NCBI GenBank assembly: GCA_963793425.1
Contig: CAWCAG010000005.1
Span: 1,920,001 to 1,984,000, forward strand
DNA length: 64,000 bases
Direction of reading: 5' to 3'
From: an uncultured cyanobacterium
GTDB lineage: Bacteria; Cyanobacteriota; Cyanobacteriia; Cyanobacteriales; CAWCAG01
The position numbers and the translations under genes are program-made. Of this stretch, positions 1 to 10,258 are shown one piece after another; within the stretch, counting starts at the first letter, position 1; each line of letters opens with the position of its first letter. The notes under the pieces are model-generated. The model saw nothing but the letters and a program-made list of their open reading frames with translations. It was not told the origin of the DNA and did no database searches.

Positions 1-35
1 TAGAGTTAGGCCCTTCCTCACCTTAAATAGATCCC

Positions 36-1700
36 ATGAGCAACTATCCAGAACTTTCTCACCAAGGTTATCAAATTGAAAAAGTCTTAGGAAAGAACTC
101 CTTGGGGGGTAGAGTTACCTATAAAGCTCAAAAAGATGAACAACCTGTAGTGCTTAAGCATTTTCAATTTGCTCAATCTGATTCTAGCTGGACAGAATAT
201 AAAGCCTATGAATCAGAAATTGCTATGTTGCAGCAACTCGCTCATCCTAGTATTCCCCGTTATCTAGATTCTTTTGAAACCCCCACTGGTTTTTGCTTAG
301 TTCAGGAATACAAACAAGCGATTTCCCTAGCTTCTCCTTTACAATTCACTCCTCAACAAGTTAGGGAAATTGCCTTGGCAGTGTTGGAGGTTTTGGTTTA
401 TTTGCAACAGCAATATCCTCCGATTATTCATCGCGACATCAAACCAGAGAATATTCTTGTTGAAAGGGGAGCAAAAATTAAAGTTTACTTAGTGGATTTT
501 GGTTTTGCCCGCCCAGGAGGAGACGATATGGCGGTTAGTAGTGTGGTCAAAGGTACTTTGGGTTTTATGCCCCCAGAACAGATGTTTAACCGCCAATTAA
601 CCAAAGCTTCGGATCTTTACAGCTTGGGTGCTACTCTAATTTGTTTATTAACACAAACAAAATCTTCGGAAATTGGTAACTTAATTGACGAGACTAACCG
701 CATTAATTTTCGTTCCTCTGCACCAAAGCTACATCGCCCTTTTTACAAGTGGCTAGAAAAAATGGTTGCCCCTAGCCCCAAAGAGCGTTATCCTCATGCT
801 CAAGCTGCTTTAAACGCCCTGCAATCCATTGAAGCAGTTAAGGAACGCAAAGTTGTGAGTAGATGCTTAAGTCAGAAAAATTCTTCTGCCAAAATGTCTG
901 CTGAAACCGTTGTCTTTGGTTTGCTATGCTTTCTAGTTGCTTTTATCAGTGCTTTACAAGGAGAAGTTGAAAAAACAGCGATTAAACCAGTAGAAAGGGT
1001 GAATCCTCCTAGTACAAGACCCATTAGTGATCTTGACCGTTTGTTAACTACAGGGGAATGTCGTAATTGCGAACTGGCTAAAGCTAACCTCGAAGGATTT
1101 GATTTAGCAGGAGTTGATCTTGAAGGTGCAAACCTAGAAAAAGCCAACCTTAGAGGTACTGTTTTGCACAGTGCTAACTTAAAAAATGCTCACCTGAGAA
1201 AAGCAAATCTCAGCAATTCTGTCTTGGAAGGAAGCGATTTAGAAGAGGCTAATTTAAAAGAGGCTAACCTTGATGATGCTAACTTAATTAAAGCATCCTT
1301 AGAAGAAGCAAACCTCAAAGGGGCGACTTTAAATAGAGCGCAACTCAATCAAGTTAACCTCGAAGATGCTAACTTGGAAGATGCTAGTTTAGAGCAAGCT
1401 CGTTTGATTTCTGCTAATTTACAAGATGCCTATTTATGGCGGGCAAATTTAGAAAAGGCTGATTTATTAGAAGCAAATTTGGCAGGGGCAAATTTGCAAA
1501 ACGCTAACTTAGAAGAAAGCCATTTAGAAGCAGCGGATCTAGAAGGTGCAGATTTGAGAAATGCAGATTTACGGGCAGCTAGTCTCACCAATGCTAACTT
1601 AGAGGGGGCCAACTTAAAAGGGGCTTATTTGGAAGGTTCGCAGATGAATGGGGCTAATTTCTCTGGAGCTATTTTGCCTTATGAGAGAAGCTATGAATAA
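36..1700 (+). CDS. Ser/Thr protein kinase with TM helix and C-terminal pentapeptide repeats
   Basis: HRDIKPEN, DFG and GTLGFMPPEQ kinase motifs; hydrophobic VVFGLLCFLVAFISAL; long A(N/D)Lxx repeat array. Confidence 0.92.
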   Translation: MSNYPELSHQGYQIEKVLGKNSLGGRVTYKAQKDEQPVVLKHFQFAQSDSSWTEYKAYESEIAMLQQLAHPSIPRYLDSFETPTGFCLVQEYKQAISLASPLQFTPQQVREIALAVLEVLVYLQQQYPPIIHRDIKPENILVERGAKIKVYLVDFGFARPGGDDMAVSSVVKGTLGFMPPEQMFNRQLTKASDLYSLGATLICLLTQTKSSEIGNLIDETNRINFRSSAPKLHRPFYKWLEKMVAPSPKERYPHAQAALNALQSIEAVKERKVVSRCLSQKNSSAKMSAETVVFGLLCFLVAFISALQGEVEKTAIKPVERVNPPSTRPISDLDRLLTTGECRNCELAKANLEGFDLAGVDLEGANLEKANLRGTVLHSANLKNAHLRKANLSNSVLEGSDLEEANLKEANLDDANLIKASLEEANLKGATLNRAQLNQVNLEDANLEDASLEQARLISANLQDAYLWRANLEKADLLEANLAGANLQNANLEESHLEAADLEGADLRNADLRAASLTNANLEGANLKGAYLEGSQMNGANFSGAILPYERSYE

Positions 1701-1735
1701 GTATATAGACATCTTTAATTCAGTAATTCCCTCTT

Positions 1736-2497
1736 ATGTCCAAACTAGAAGTATATCAGCCCCCCACATTTGCAACCCCAGCAGCAGAACGTCTTCATCG
1801 ACAACAACGCTTAGCTGCGGCACTGCGCCTCTTTGCTTTGTATGGCTATGATGAAGGGGTTGCAGGACATATTACAGCCCGTGATCCTGAATTAACTGAC
1901 TGCTTTTGGGTTAATCCTTTTGGTATGTACTTCGGTCACATCAAGGTGTCTGACTTAATTTTGGTTAACCATAAAGGTGAGGTGGTAGAAGGCAACAAAC
2001 CAGTTAATGCTGCGGCTTTTGCTATTCATTCTCAAATTCATCAAGCTAGGCCAGATGCGATCGCAGCAGCCCATGCTCACTCCCTTTATGGTAAGGCTTG
2101 GTCAACTTTAGGGCGTACCCTAGACCCCTTAACCCAAGATGCCTGTGCTTTCTATGAAGATCACAGTTTATTTGACGACTATACCGGAGTAGTTCTCGAT
2201 ACAGAAGAAGGCAAGCGCATTGCAGCTACTTTAGGGGAAAGAAAAGCGATTATTCTCCGTAACCACGGCTTATTAACTGTTGGACATTCCGTTGATGAAG
2301 CAGCTTGGTGGTTTATTACGATGGATCGTTCCTGTCAAGCACAATTAATGGCAGAAGCAGTAAGTAAACCAGTTTTAATTGCTCCTGAAGTAGCTAGCTT
2401 AACCTATAGCCAAATTGGAACTCATTATTTAGGTTGGTTTAGTTTTCAATCTTTATACAACAAAATTATTAGCCTCCAGCCAGATTTGCTTGATTGA
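1736..2497 (+). CDS. Class II aldolase/adducin family protein
   Basis: EGVAGHITARDP, AFAIHSQIH, HAHS and LRNHGLLT metal-binding motifs. Confidence 0.9.
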   Translation: MSKLEVYQPPTFATPAAERLHRQQRLAAALRLFALYGYDEGVAGHITARDPELTDCFWVNPFGMYFGHIKVSDLILVNHKGEVVEGNKPVNAAAFAIHSQIHQARPDAIAAAHAHSLYGKAWSTLGRTLDPLTQDACAFYEDHSLFDDYTGVVLDTEEGKRIAATLGERKAIILRNHGLLTVGHSVDEAAWWFITMDRSCQAQLMAEAVSKPVLIAPEVASLTYSQIGTHYLGWFSFQSLYNKIISLQPDLLD

Positions 2498-2515
2498 GAT
2501 GGGAAGATAGAGTAA

Positions 2516-2637
2516 TACCAAATTCGGTTACTAAAATACCTTGATAAAATCGACCAAATAAAGTTCTCAAACCCTTCTCCCTACTCCCCACTCCCTACCC
2601 TAATAAGTAAGTTATGCAACAAGGGCAGGATTTGGTG
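2516..2637. mobile_element. MITE-like element with terminal inverted repeats (copy 1)
   Basis: TACCAAATTCGG...CAGGATTTGGTG ends; its reverse complement aligns along its length with 46035-46163. Confidence 0.7.
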
Positions 2638-2640
2638 TAA

Positions 2641-3543
2641 TTAAATGCTTTTAGCCCGCATCAGCAAAACACTTTCAGTCGGTACTCTAACTTTTGAGGC
2701 TAACTTAAAAAACTCAAGGATTTTAATAAAGCTAAAGGTAGGATCTGGTAAATAGGCCACCTGCTTATCTTTAATCGTGATGCCATGACGACTGGATGAC
2801 TGAAAAGCATGATGAAGATTGTGCCAGCCTTCACCTAAAGTTAGAAAGGCAACAAAGCCATTGTTGCGGCTGTCATCGTCGGTAACAAAGGGTTGCTTAC
2901 CGAAAATATGGCTTAGGGAATTGACGGTTTGCACTCCATGGAATAGTAGAGTTGTGCTGAGGAAAAAAGCACCGAGGTATTCAAGCCCACCGATGAGATA
3001 GGAAATGACCCCAAGGGCTACTACAGGGATGAAATGTAAACGATCAATCACTCTTAACACTACATCTTTTTCAACATCCCCTGGCAGTTTGTCAGGAAGG
3101 AAACTAGGAGATAACAGCCAGCCCCCTTGCGACCAATAGAATCCTTTGATACCTTGAGATGGAGTGTAGGGAGAATGGGTATCAAGTTCTTTGTCTGCAT
3201 ATCTATGATGAGCTAAATGGTGCGCTTTCCACCAACTTGGTCCCATCTGTCCTGCTGATGCCCCGACAATGCACCCCAGCCAGAGAAAGAGAGGGGAAGT
3301 TTGATAACTTTTGTGGGTGAGTAGCCGATGGTAAATCCCTGTAGTTGCTAACATACGGATAACATACAAAAATACGAGCCAAACAACTGCCCCCCATGAT
3401 AAACCAGTCATGAAGACAAGCAGTACACCAACATGGCTAACCAGAATGAGTATCGGACCGATTACATAAGCAATCATTGTCAGTAAAGAATACTGCTTTG
3501 TTACACTAGTTCCTACAGATGCAGGAGAATTCATTTGTTTCAT
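2641..3543 (-). CDS. Acyl-lipid/acyl-CoA delta-9-type fatty acid desaturase
   Basis: His boxes HRLLTH, HHLAHH and GEGWHNLHH; start placed at ATG 3543. Confidence 0.88.
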   Translation of the reverse strand: MKQMNSPASVGTSVTKQYSLLTMIAYVIGPILILVSHVGVLLVFMTGLSWGAVVWLVFLYVIRMLATTGIYHRLLTHKSYQTSPLFLWLGCIVGASAGQMGPSWWKAHHLAHHRYADKELDTHSPYTPSQGIKGFYWSQGGWLLSPSFLPDKLPGDVEKDVVLRVIDRLHFIPVVALGVISYLIGGLEYLGAFFLSTTLLFHGVQTVNSLSHIFGKQPFVTDDDSRNNGFVAFLTLGEGWHNLHHAFQSSSRHGITIKDKQVAYLPDPTFSFIKILEFFKLASKVRVPTESVLLMRAKSI

Positions 3544-3700
3544 GTAGATGAATGGCGATCGCACTAAATTAGTAGTTAATATCAGTCATCATAACTCTTG
3601 CTTTTTAAATAGGTAAAAGATCAAATGCTCATTTATCATTAAATAACCAGTAACTGAATAACTGATCATTGAACATTGATCATTGATCATTGAATAACCG

Positions 3701-5854
3701 ATGCTTAACTTTCCTCAAATTATTGCTCAAGAGCTTTCCTTGCGCCCTTCCCAAGTAGAAAATACTTTGGAATTGTTAGGGGAAGGAGCAACCATTCCTT
3801 TCATTTCTCGTTACCGTAAAGAGCGTACTGGCGGGTTAGATGAGGTTCAGTTAAGGGAGTTGGCTGACCGCTATACTTATCTTAGTGAACTAGAGAAGCG
3901 CAAAGAAAGTATTTTAGGGGCGATCGCTTCTCAAGGAAAGTTAACGGCGGATTTGCAGCAGCAAATTGAGTCTTGCTTACAGAAAAATGAGTTAGAAGAC
4001 CTTTATCTTCCCTATAAAACTAAGCGTCGTACTAAGGCAACGGCGGCGCGGGAGAAGGGTTTGTCACCTTTAGCAGAGTTTATTCAACAGCTTAACCATC
4101 CCGATGCAAAATCTCTGTCTTTAGATCAAGAAGCAAGTAAGTATTTATCCGCCGAACATAAAGTTAATACCGTGGAAGATGCCCTCCAAGGGGCTAGGGA
4201 TATTTTAGGGGAGTTAGTCGCACAAAAAGCTGAACTGCGGGCTTATTTACGGGACTTTTTGTGGCAAACAGGGGAGTTTGTTGCCCAGGTTAAAAAGGAT
4301 TATCCCGAAGGTACAACCAAGTTTGAGATGTATCGCAACTATCGGATTAAGGTGAAAAAAATTGCTCCCCACAATTTGTTAGCTTTGTTTCGCGGGGAAG
4401 CAGAGAAGATTTTAAGTGTAGATTTAGATTTCCCCATAGAAACTGCTATTGCTTATTTAGAACAACAAGAAAGTCAGAGTAAAAGTAGTGAGGTACGCAA
4501 CTTTTACCGAGTAATGTTGAAGGATGCCTTTAACCGTCTGCTGAAACCTGCTTTAATTCGGGAGGTGCGTAGTGAAGCTAAAAGTTATGCGGATTTGGAG
4601 TCGATTGAAACCTTTGCTACTAATTTAAGAGAACTTTTGTTGGCCCCACCAGGAGGAAGAAAGTCAACCTTAGCGATAGATCCTGGCTTTCGTACCGGTT
4701 GCAAGGTGGCTGTACTTTCTGATACAGGGCAATTTAAGGAGTATCAAGCTGTTTTTCCCCATACGGGAGAGAAGAAGCGTACAGAAGCCACAAAAATTAT
4801 TCGGAATCTGATTAGCAAGTATCAAATTGAACTCATCGCTATCGGCAATGGTACTGCTTCCCGTGAAACCGATGCTTTCATTGCTGAGGCGATTACAACT
4901 TTGCCTCAACAACCGATTAAGGTGATGGTAAATGAATCCGGGGCTTCTATTTATTCTGCTAGCGATGTCGCCCGTGCTGAGTTTCCTGATCTTGATGTTA
5001 CCGTAAGGGGGGCAATTAGTATTGGTCGTCGTTTACAAGATCCCTTAGCAGAATTGGTGAAAATTGCCCCCCAATCCATTGGTGTGGGGCAGTATCAACA
5101 TGATGTGGATGGTAAGTTGTTGCAGAAAAAGTTAGAGGAGACGGTGGAAAGTTGTGTTAATTATGTAGGGGTAGATTTAAACACCGCTTCTCAGGAATTA
5201 CTTAGCTATGTTTCGGGCTTAAATCCTGGTGTGGCACAAAATATTGTCGCCTTCCGCAATGAAAAAGGGGCATTCCGCAACCGTCGTCAACTCCTCAAAG
5301 TAGCAAAGTTGGGGCCAAAAGCTTTTGAACAGGGGGCAGGATTTTTACGCATTCGCGGAGGAGATAATCTTTTGGATAATACAGCAGTACATCCAGAGAG
5401 CTATCCTGTGGTGAAGGCGATCGCAACTGATGTAGCTATTCCTTTAACAGAGGTTAGCAAGTTAGGTAGTAAGATGCAAGACTTAGATTTGCAAAAATAC
5501 GTGACTACAAATATTGGCTTACCCACCTTAAAAGATATTATCAAAGAGTTAGAAAAACCAGGCAGAGATCCCAGATCACAATTTAAGTACGCCACCTTTA
5601 AAACTGGGATTAATGAAATTAAGGATTTACAAGAGGGGATGGAGTTAGAAGGAGTTGTGACTAATGTGGTTAATTTTGGTGCTTTTGTTGATGTTGGGGT
5701 ACATCAAGATGGTTTAGTCCACATTTCCCAATTAGCTAATCGTTTTGTCAGCGATCCTAATGAGATAGTTAAGGTGGGAGATGTGGTGAAGGTGAAAGTT
5801 TTGGAAGTTAATGAGAAGTTGAAACGAGTTAGTTTATCGATGAAAGCAATTTAA
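3701..5854 (+). CDS. tex: Tex family RNA-binding transcriptional accessory protein
   Basis: GATIPFISRYRKE, IDPGFRTGCK, HhH region and C-terminal S1 domain. Confidence 0.95.
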   Translation: MLNFPQIIAQELSLRPSQVENTLELLGEGATIPFISRYRKERTGGLDEVQLRELADRYTYLSELEKRKESILGAIASQGKLTADLQQQIESCLQKNELEDLYLPYKTKRRTKATAAREKGLSPLAEFIQQLNHPDAKSLSLDQEASKYLSAEHKVNTVEDALQGARDILGELVAQKAELRAYLRDFLWQTGEFVAQVKKDYPEGTTKFEMYRNYRIKVKKIAPHNLLALFRGEAEKILSVDLDFPIETAIAYLEQQESQSKSSEVRNFYRVMLKDAFNRLLKPALIREVRSEAKSYADLESIETFATNLRELLLAPPGGRKSTLAIDPGFRTGCKVAVLSDTGQFKEYQAVFPHTGEKKRTEATKIIRNLISKYQIELIAIGNGTASRETDAFIAEAITTLPQQPIKVMVNESGASIYSASDVARAEFPDLDVTVRGAISIGRRLQDPLAELVKIAPQSIGVGQYQHDVDGKLLQKKLEETVESCVNYVGVDLNTASQELLSYVSGLNPGVAQNIVAFRNEKGAFRNRRQLLKVAKLGPKAFEQGAGFLRIRGGDNLLDNTAVHPESYPVVKAIATDVAIPLTEVSKLGSKMQDLDLQKYVTTNIGLPTLKDIIKELEKPGRDPRSQFKYATFKTGINEIKDLQEGMELEGVVTNVVNFGAFVDVGVHQDGLVHISQLANRFVSDPNEIVKVGDVVKVKVLEVNEKLKRVSLSMKAI

Positions 5855-6018
5855 TCAATGATCAATAAATTAATTGTGGTGGGCAAGAACAGACAAATTT
5901 TTAATACTTAATTTCACTTGCCTATCTTGTCCACCCTACTACTTTCTAATCATTAAACGTTTATCGTCATGCGATCGCACATTGGTTTTCAATAAAGTAG
6001 GAGATTAATATTATCTGT

Positions 6019-6228
6019 TTACCTTTTTGCAGCTAGCACTGCTTCAGAAAAGCAAGCAGATAAGGGAACTAAATCTGTAAACTCGTGGGAAATTGTTTTG
6101 CTTTCGCTCTCTACTATTATTGCTGATAAATCAGGCATTTTTTCTCGGCAGTGAGGGCAAAACCAATAAAAACTGTTGTGGGCGATATGACGTAGCATTA
6201 AGCGAGAGCAACAAGGGCAGTCAGTCAT
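6019..6228 (-). CDS. Small zinc-ribbon protein (cyanobacterial conserved hypothetical)
   Basis: CPCCS...LRH...YWFCPHCREKMP, two CxxC-type pairs. Confidence 0.7.
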   Translation of the reverse strand: MTDCPCCSRLMLRHIAHNSFYWFCPHCREKMPDLSAIIVESESKTISHEFTDLVPLSACFSEAVLAAKR

Positions 6229-6337
6229 GATTTTATCCTAAATAAAGTTTGTCAAAAAGGTGATTTTTAAATATTAAGGATTAACAAGGAAAAATTCTGT
6301 TTGCTGAACAGAATCCTAAATTAAACCTTGGTTTGAC

Positions 6338-6652
6338 CTAAGTAATTGAGGCTGTTTTTTGTAGGGTAATTTTTGTCGCTAAAATATCTTTGATTCCTCT
6401 ACTAATTATTGACTCTTTCTGCAATCTTTTAGCTACTGGTTCTCGATATAAATATTCTAGTCGAGTTAGTTCTTGCCCTTGCTCTATGGCAATGTATGAG
6501 TTGGGAATTCTACTTAAAACATAAGCAAGTAAGTCTTGATACAAGTCATTCTGGGCGTAAGCAGCTTGAATAGCATTGGGCTGTTCCGCTAGGATATTTT
6601 TAATTTCTTCGCCCACAGAAAACAGTGTTATGTTGACTAGATTTTTACTCAT
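6338..6652 (-). CDS. ComFB family (late competence development) protein
   Basis: LVNIT...EEI...QDLLAYVLSRIPNSY pattern typical of ComFB. Confidence 0.7.
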   Translation of the reverse strand: MSKNLVNITLFSVGEEIKNILAEQPNAIQAAYAQNDLYQDLLAYVLSRIPNSYIAIEQGQELTRLEYLYREPVAKRLQKESIISRGIKDILATKITLQKTASIT

Positions 6653-6776
6653 CTTCTTCTGGAACTATTAATAGCCGGACAAGGTTGAACTGAGAATATA
6701 TACTTTATGGAGTTCAAACAGAAATGCAATGAATTTACTATGCTTTTAAGCATACCTTAGCAACAAGAGATAAATA

Positions 6777-6797
6777 GGGTAAAAATGGGGTAAAAAT
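6777..6797. promoter_or_regulatory. Tandem direct repeat, possible OmpR-family binding site upstream of the comFB-like gene
   Basis: GGGTAAAAAT-G-GGGTAAAAAT, 11-bp period, directly downstream of an OmpR-type regulator gene. Confidence 0.4.
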
Positions 6798-6865
6798 CGG
6801 TTAGGGGAAGTTAACCAGAAAAGGGTAGTTGTTAACCATGAGTCATTTAAGAAAAATCCCTTAAT

Positions 6866-7540
6866 CTAAATTTGTTTTAAGCGATAACCAATACTATGAA
6901 CTGTTTCAATAAGATCACGGGGAGCGCCCGCTGCCCTTAGTTTGCGCCGCAAACTTTTGATGTAAGTTTTGACAGTTTCATCTCCGGGAGGATCTTCGAG
7001 TGACCAAATATGTTCAATAATAATACTGCGGCTGAGGACTCGGCGACCATTACGTAAAAAAAGCTCTAAAAAACTATATTCTTTTTGGGTTAAGTTGAGA
7101 GGCTTGTCGTCATAAAAAGCCTCAAAAGTACTAGGATTGAAAGTTAAGCTTTCCCAGCGTAAAATTGGTGAAGATTGATTATTTCCTCGTCGTAATAAAG
7201 CTCTGATTCTGGCAAATAATTCTGGTAAATCGATAGGTTTAATGACATAATCATCAGCCCCAGCATCTAAACCAGCTACTTTATCATTGCTAGTATCGCG
7301 GGCAGTTAACATCAAAATTGGCATTGTATAGTTTTGGGAGCGCATTTTTTGACAAACCGCTAATCCGCTTAACTTCGGCAACATAACATCTAATAAAACT
7401 ATGTCATATTCCAAAGTTGTAATGTACTGCCAAGCTATTTCTCCATCACTAACAAGATCGACTATGTAGCCAAGATCGCTTAGTGCTTCTGCCAAAGTCT
7501 CAGCAAGAGGAATATCATCTTCTACTAATAGAATCCTCAT
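6866..7540 (-). CDS. OmpR-family response regulator
   Basis: MRILLVEDD, LLDVMLP, GADDYVIKP and winged-helix IETVHSIGYRL; start placed at ATG 7540. Confidence 0.93.
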   Translation of the reverse strand: MRILLVEDDIPLAETLAEALSDLGYIVDLVSDGEIAWQYITTLEYDIVLLDVMLPKLSGLAVCQKMRSQNYTMPILMLTARDTSNDKVAGLDAGADDYVIKPIDLPELFARIRALLRRGNNQSSPILRWESLTFNPSTFEAFYDDKPLNLTQKEYSFLELFLRNGRRVLSRSIIIEHIWSLEDPPGDETVKTYIKSLRRKLRAAGAPRDLIETVHSIGYRLKQI

Positions 7541-7882
7541 GATATTAGTAATAGAATTCCTATAATAGCTAGTAGCCTTAAAGACGAATAAGTAAAGGGA
7601 ATTTTTTCTCCTAGTTTTGAGTAAAAAGTCGCTTTTGTCAGTCTTCTTATACAAATAATTATATCTTTTCCTCAAAATCAATTTATACTTCTTAATTAAA
7701 AGTAAGGAAAATAACCAATTTCTCTGTAATGGTAATCATAAAGTTATTGTCATACTACCAAGCTTTAAGGTTCTGCTGTACAAGGGTTTAAGCTTTCTGC
7801 TCACCTAAGAAAAAAATAGAATTACTAGCTCAAAACATTTATTTAACAATTAATTTCAACATGGCTATTCAGGAGAAGAGAA

Positions 7883-10189
7883 ATGAAGCAAGCTTTAGAA
7901 GAAAAGTTCATTAGGGAAAGGAAATATTTCTCCTTCGATTTGCTGCTCTGCACTAGCGGAGTTATCCTCCTTTTTTTGGTTGCTAGCTTTGAATTTGGTC
8001 AATATTTCGAGAGTAATAGTCAATTTTGGCTACTTTTCACCGTGGTGATTTTATTAGCTAACTTAGGAGGACAAATAGTAGCTTGGATAGGTACTGTATT
8101 AGTAACTATTTACCAAATTTTTTACCTTTTAGAAGTGGGAGTATCTTTAATTCAAATAGAAGAAATTACCCACCTTGCTATGAGTATCGTCGTAACCTTA
8201 CTCGCTGCCACAGTAGTAGGAAAAACCAAAGATTATAATAAACAGTTAATCCAAGCCTTACAACAAGCCCAAGAAGACTTAGAAGAGCGAGTTGCAAAAC
8301 GTACTACAGAACTTTCTCAGGTTAATGAACAGTTACGCTTATTGGAATCTGTGGTGGTTTGTGCCAATGACGCGGTGTTGATAACTGAAGCCCGCCCCAT
8401 TAGTGAACCAGGACCAAAAATAGTTTATGTTAATGAAGCCTTTACACGAATGACGGGTTATACCACTCAAGAAGTTTTGGGTAAGACTCCTAGAATACTA
8501 CAAGGTGAGAAAACTAACCGCCGTCAACTGAATAAGATTCGTACAGCTATTGCTCAATTGCAGTCAATTCAAATTGAGTTGATTAATTACCACAAAAATG
8601 GCAAAGAATTTTGGGTTGAACTAAGTATTGTACCTATTGCTGATGAAAAGGGTTGCTATACTCATTTGCTTTCTATACAAAGAGATATAAGCGATCGCAA
8701 GAAAGCAGAAACAGCTTTACGAGATAGTGAAGCCCGTAACCAAGCACTCTTAAATGCTATACCAGACTTGATGTTTCGCCTAGATCGCCAGGGAACATTT
8801 TTAGATTTCCGTGCTAAAGCGAAAGACTTGTTGATGAAACCGGAAGAGATTATTGGTACTAATATTGCCGACTCATCCATGCCCCCGCCAGTTGTTAGCG
8901 TAGTTAAAACAGCCATCTACCAAGCCTTAGCTACAGGAGAGGTTCAAAGTATAGATTACTCTCTACCTTTGCCAGATAAACTTCATCATTATGAAGCAAG
9001 GCTAGCAGAAAGTGGTTTAGATGAAGTTGTGGCTATGGTAAGGGATATTACCGAACGGAAACAAGTTGAGGAGAAATTACGGGAAAACCATCAATTTATT
9101 CAGCGTATTGCTGATACAACTCCTGGCATTTTATATATTTATGATCTTAAAAAACAAAAGAATGTTTATGTGAATCGCTCTGTCGATGATTTTCTTGGTT
9201 ATCCTACTTTAAATGAACAGCAAAAGCGCCTTAGTAAAAAACTATTTCATCCAGAAGATTTTAGCAAGATTCATCAACACTTTAAATACCTCGATTCAAG
9301 TCCTGATCAAACCATTGCTGAAATTGAATATCGGATGCTTGCTGCTGATGGAGAGTGGCGTTGGTTCAATAGCCGTAATACCGTTTTTACCAGAAATATT
9401 GATGGTAAACTGAAACAAATTGTCGGAGTCGCTCAAGATATTACTGACCATAAAATAGCCCAAGAAATGAGCCTTGCTTTAGAAAAAGAAAAAGAATTAA
9501 GCAAGCTACAACTTCGTTTCTTTTCCATGGTTTCTCATGAATTTCGTACTCCTTTAAGTACAATTTTAATGTCTGCTCAAATTCTTGAACATAATACTGC
9601 TGAGAAATTAACGACCAAGACTTTAAGAAATTTACACCGCATTCAAACTTCCGTTAAGCATCTGCTTCATTTATTAGAAGATTTGCTAACTATTAATAGG
9701 GCAGAAAGTGGCAAGTTAGAGTTTAACTCCGAAAAAATTGTCTTAGAAGATTTTGTTTTTCAACTCATAGAAGATATACAGCTTGCCAATAATCATAAGT
9801 TCCAATTTGAGGTAAACAATTCTTGTCGAGATTATCTTACTTATTTAGATTGTAAATTATTGCGATTTATTCTTGCTAATTTAATTTCTAATGCCCTCAA
9901 ATATTCTCCGGGAGACTACACATCACGCTTAGAAGTTTTTTGTCAAGATAAGTTAGCTATTTTCCGCATCAGAGACAGAGGTATTGGTATTCATGCCGAA
10001 GATATTCCTAAGTTATTTGAGCCATTTAGACGAGGAAAAAATGTTGGTATTCTGCCCGGTTCAGGATTAGGTTTAACAGTGGTGAAAAAGTGTGTAGATT
10101 TGCACGGCGGTACTATTGAAGTGGAAAGTGAAGTTGAAGTAGGTACTATAGTAACGGTTAAGTTGCCTTTAATTTATAGCAGGGAGTAA
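7883..10189 (+). CDS. Membrane sensor histidine kinase with three PAS domains (first LOV-like)
   Basis: N-terminal TM helices; PAS/PAC repeats; SHEFRTPL H-box, NALKYS, DRGIGI and GSGLGL. Confidence 0.93.
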   Translation: MKQALEEKFIRERKYFSFDLLLCTSGVILLFLVASFEFGQYFESNSQFWLLFTVVILLANLGGQIVAWIGTVLVTIYQIFYLLEVGVSLIQIEEITHLAMSIVVTLLAATVVGKTKDYNKQLIQALQQAQEDLEERVAKRTTELSQVNEQLRLLESVVVCANDAVLITEARPISEPGPKIVYVNEAFTRMTGYTTQEVLGKTPRILQGEKTNRRQLNKIRTAIAQLQSIQIELINYHKNGKEFWVELSIVPIADEKGCYTHLLSIQRDISDRKKAETALRDSEARNQALLNAIPDLMFRLDRQGTFLDFRAKAKDLLMKPEEIIGTNIADSSMPPPVVSVVKTAIYQALATGEVQSIDYSLPLPDKLHHYEARLAESGLDEVVAMVRDITERKQVEEKLRENHQFIQRIADTTPGILYIYDLKKQKNVYVNRSVDDFLGYPTLNEQQKRLSKKLFHPEDFSKIHQHFKYLDSSPDQTIAEIEYRMLAADGEWRWFNSRNTVFTRNIDGKLKQIVGVAQDITDHKIAQEMSLALEKEKELSKLQLRFFSMVSHEFRTPLSTILMSAQILEHNTAEKLTTKTLRNLHRIQTSVKHLLHLLEDLLTINRAESGKLEFNSEKIVLEDFVFQLIEDIQLANNHKFQFEVNNSCRDYLTYLDCKLLRFILANLISNALKYSPGDYTSRLEVFCQDKLAIFRIRDRGIGIHAEDIPKLFEPFRRGKNVGILPGSGLGLTVVKKCVDLHGGTIEVESEVEVGTIVTVKLPLIYSRE

Positions 10190-10258
10190 AGGAGAAGAGA
10201 AATACTTACCATGTCCAAATTCCAGGTCTTTACTTATTACTTATTACCTAAATGCGTC

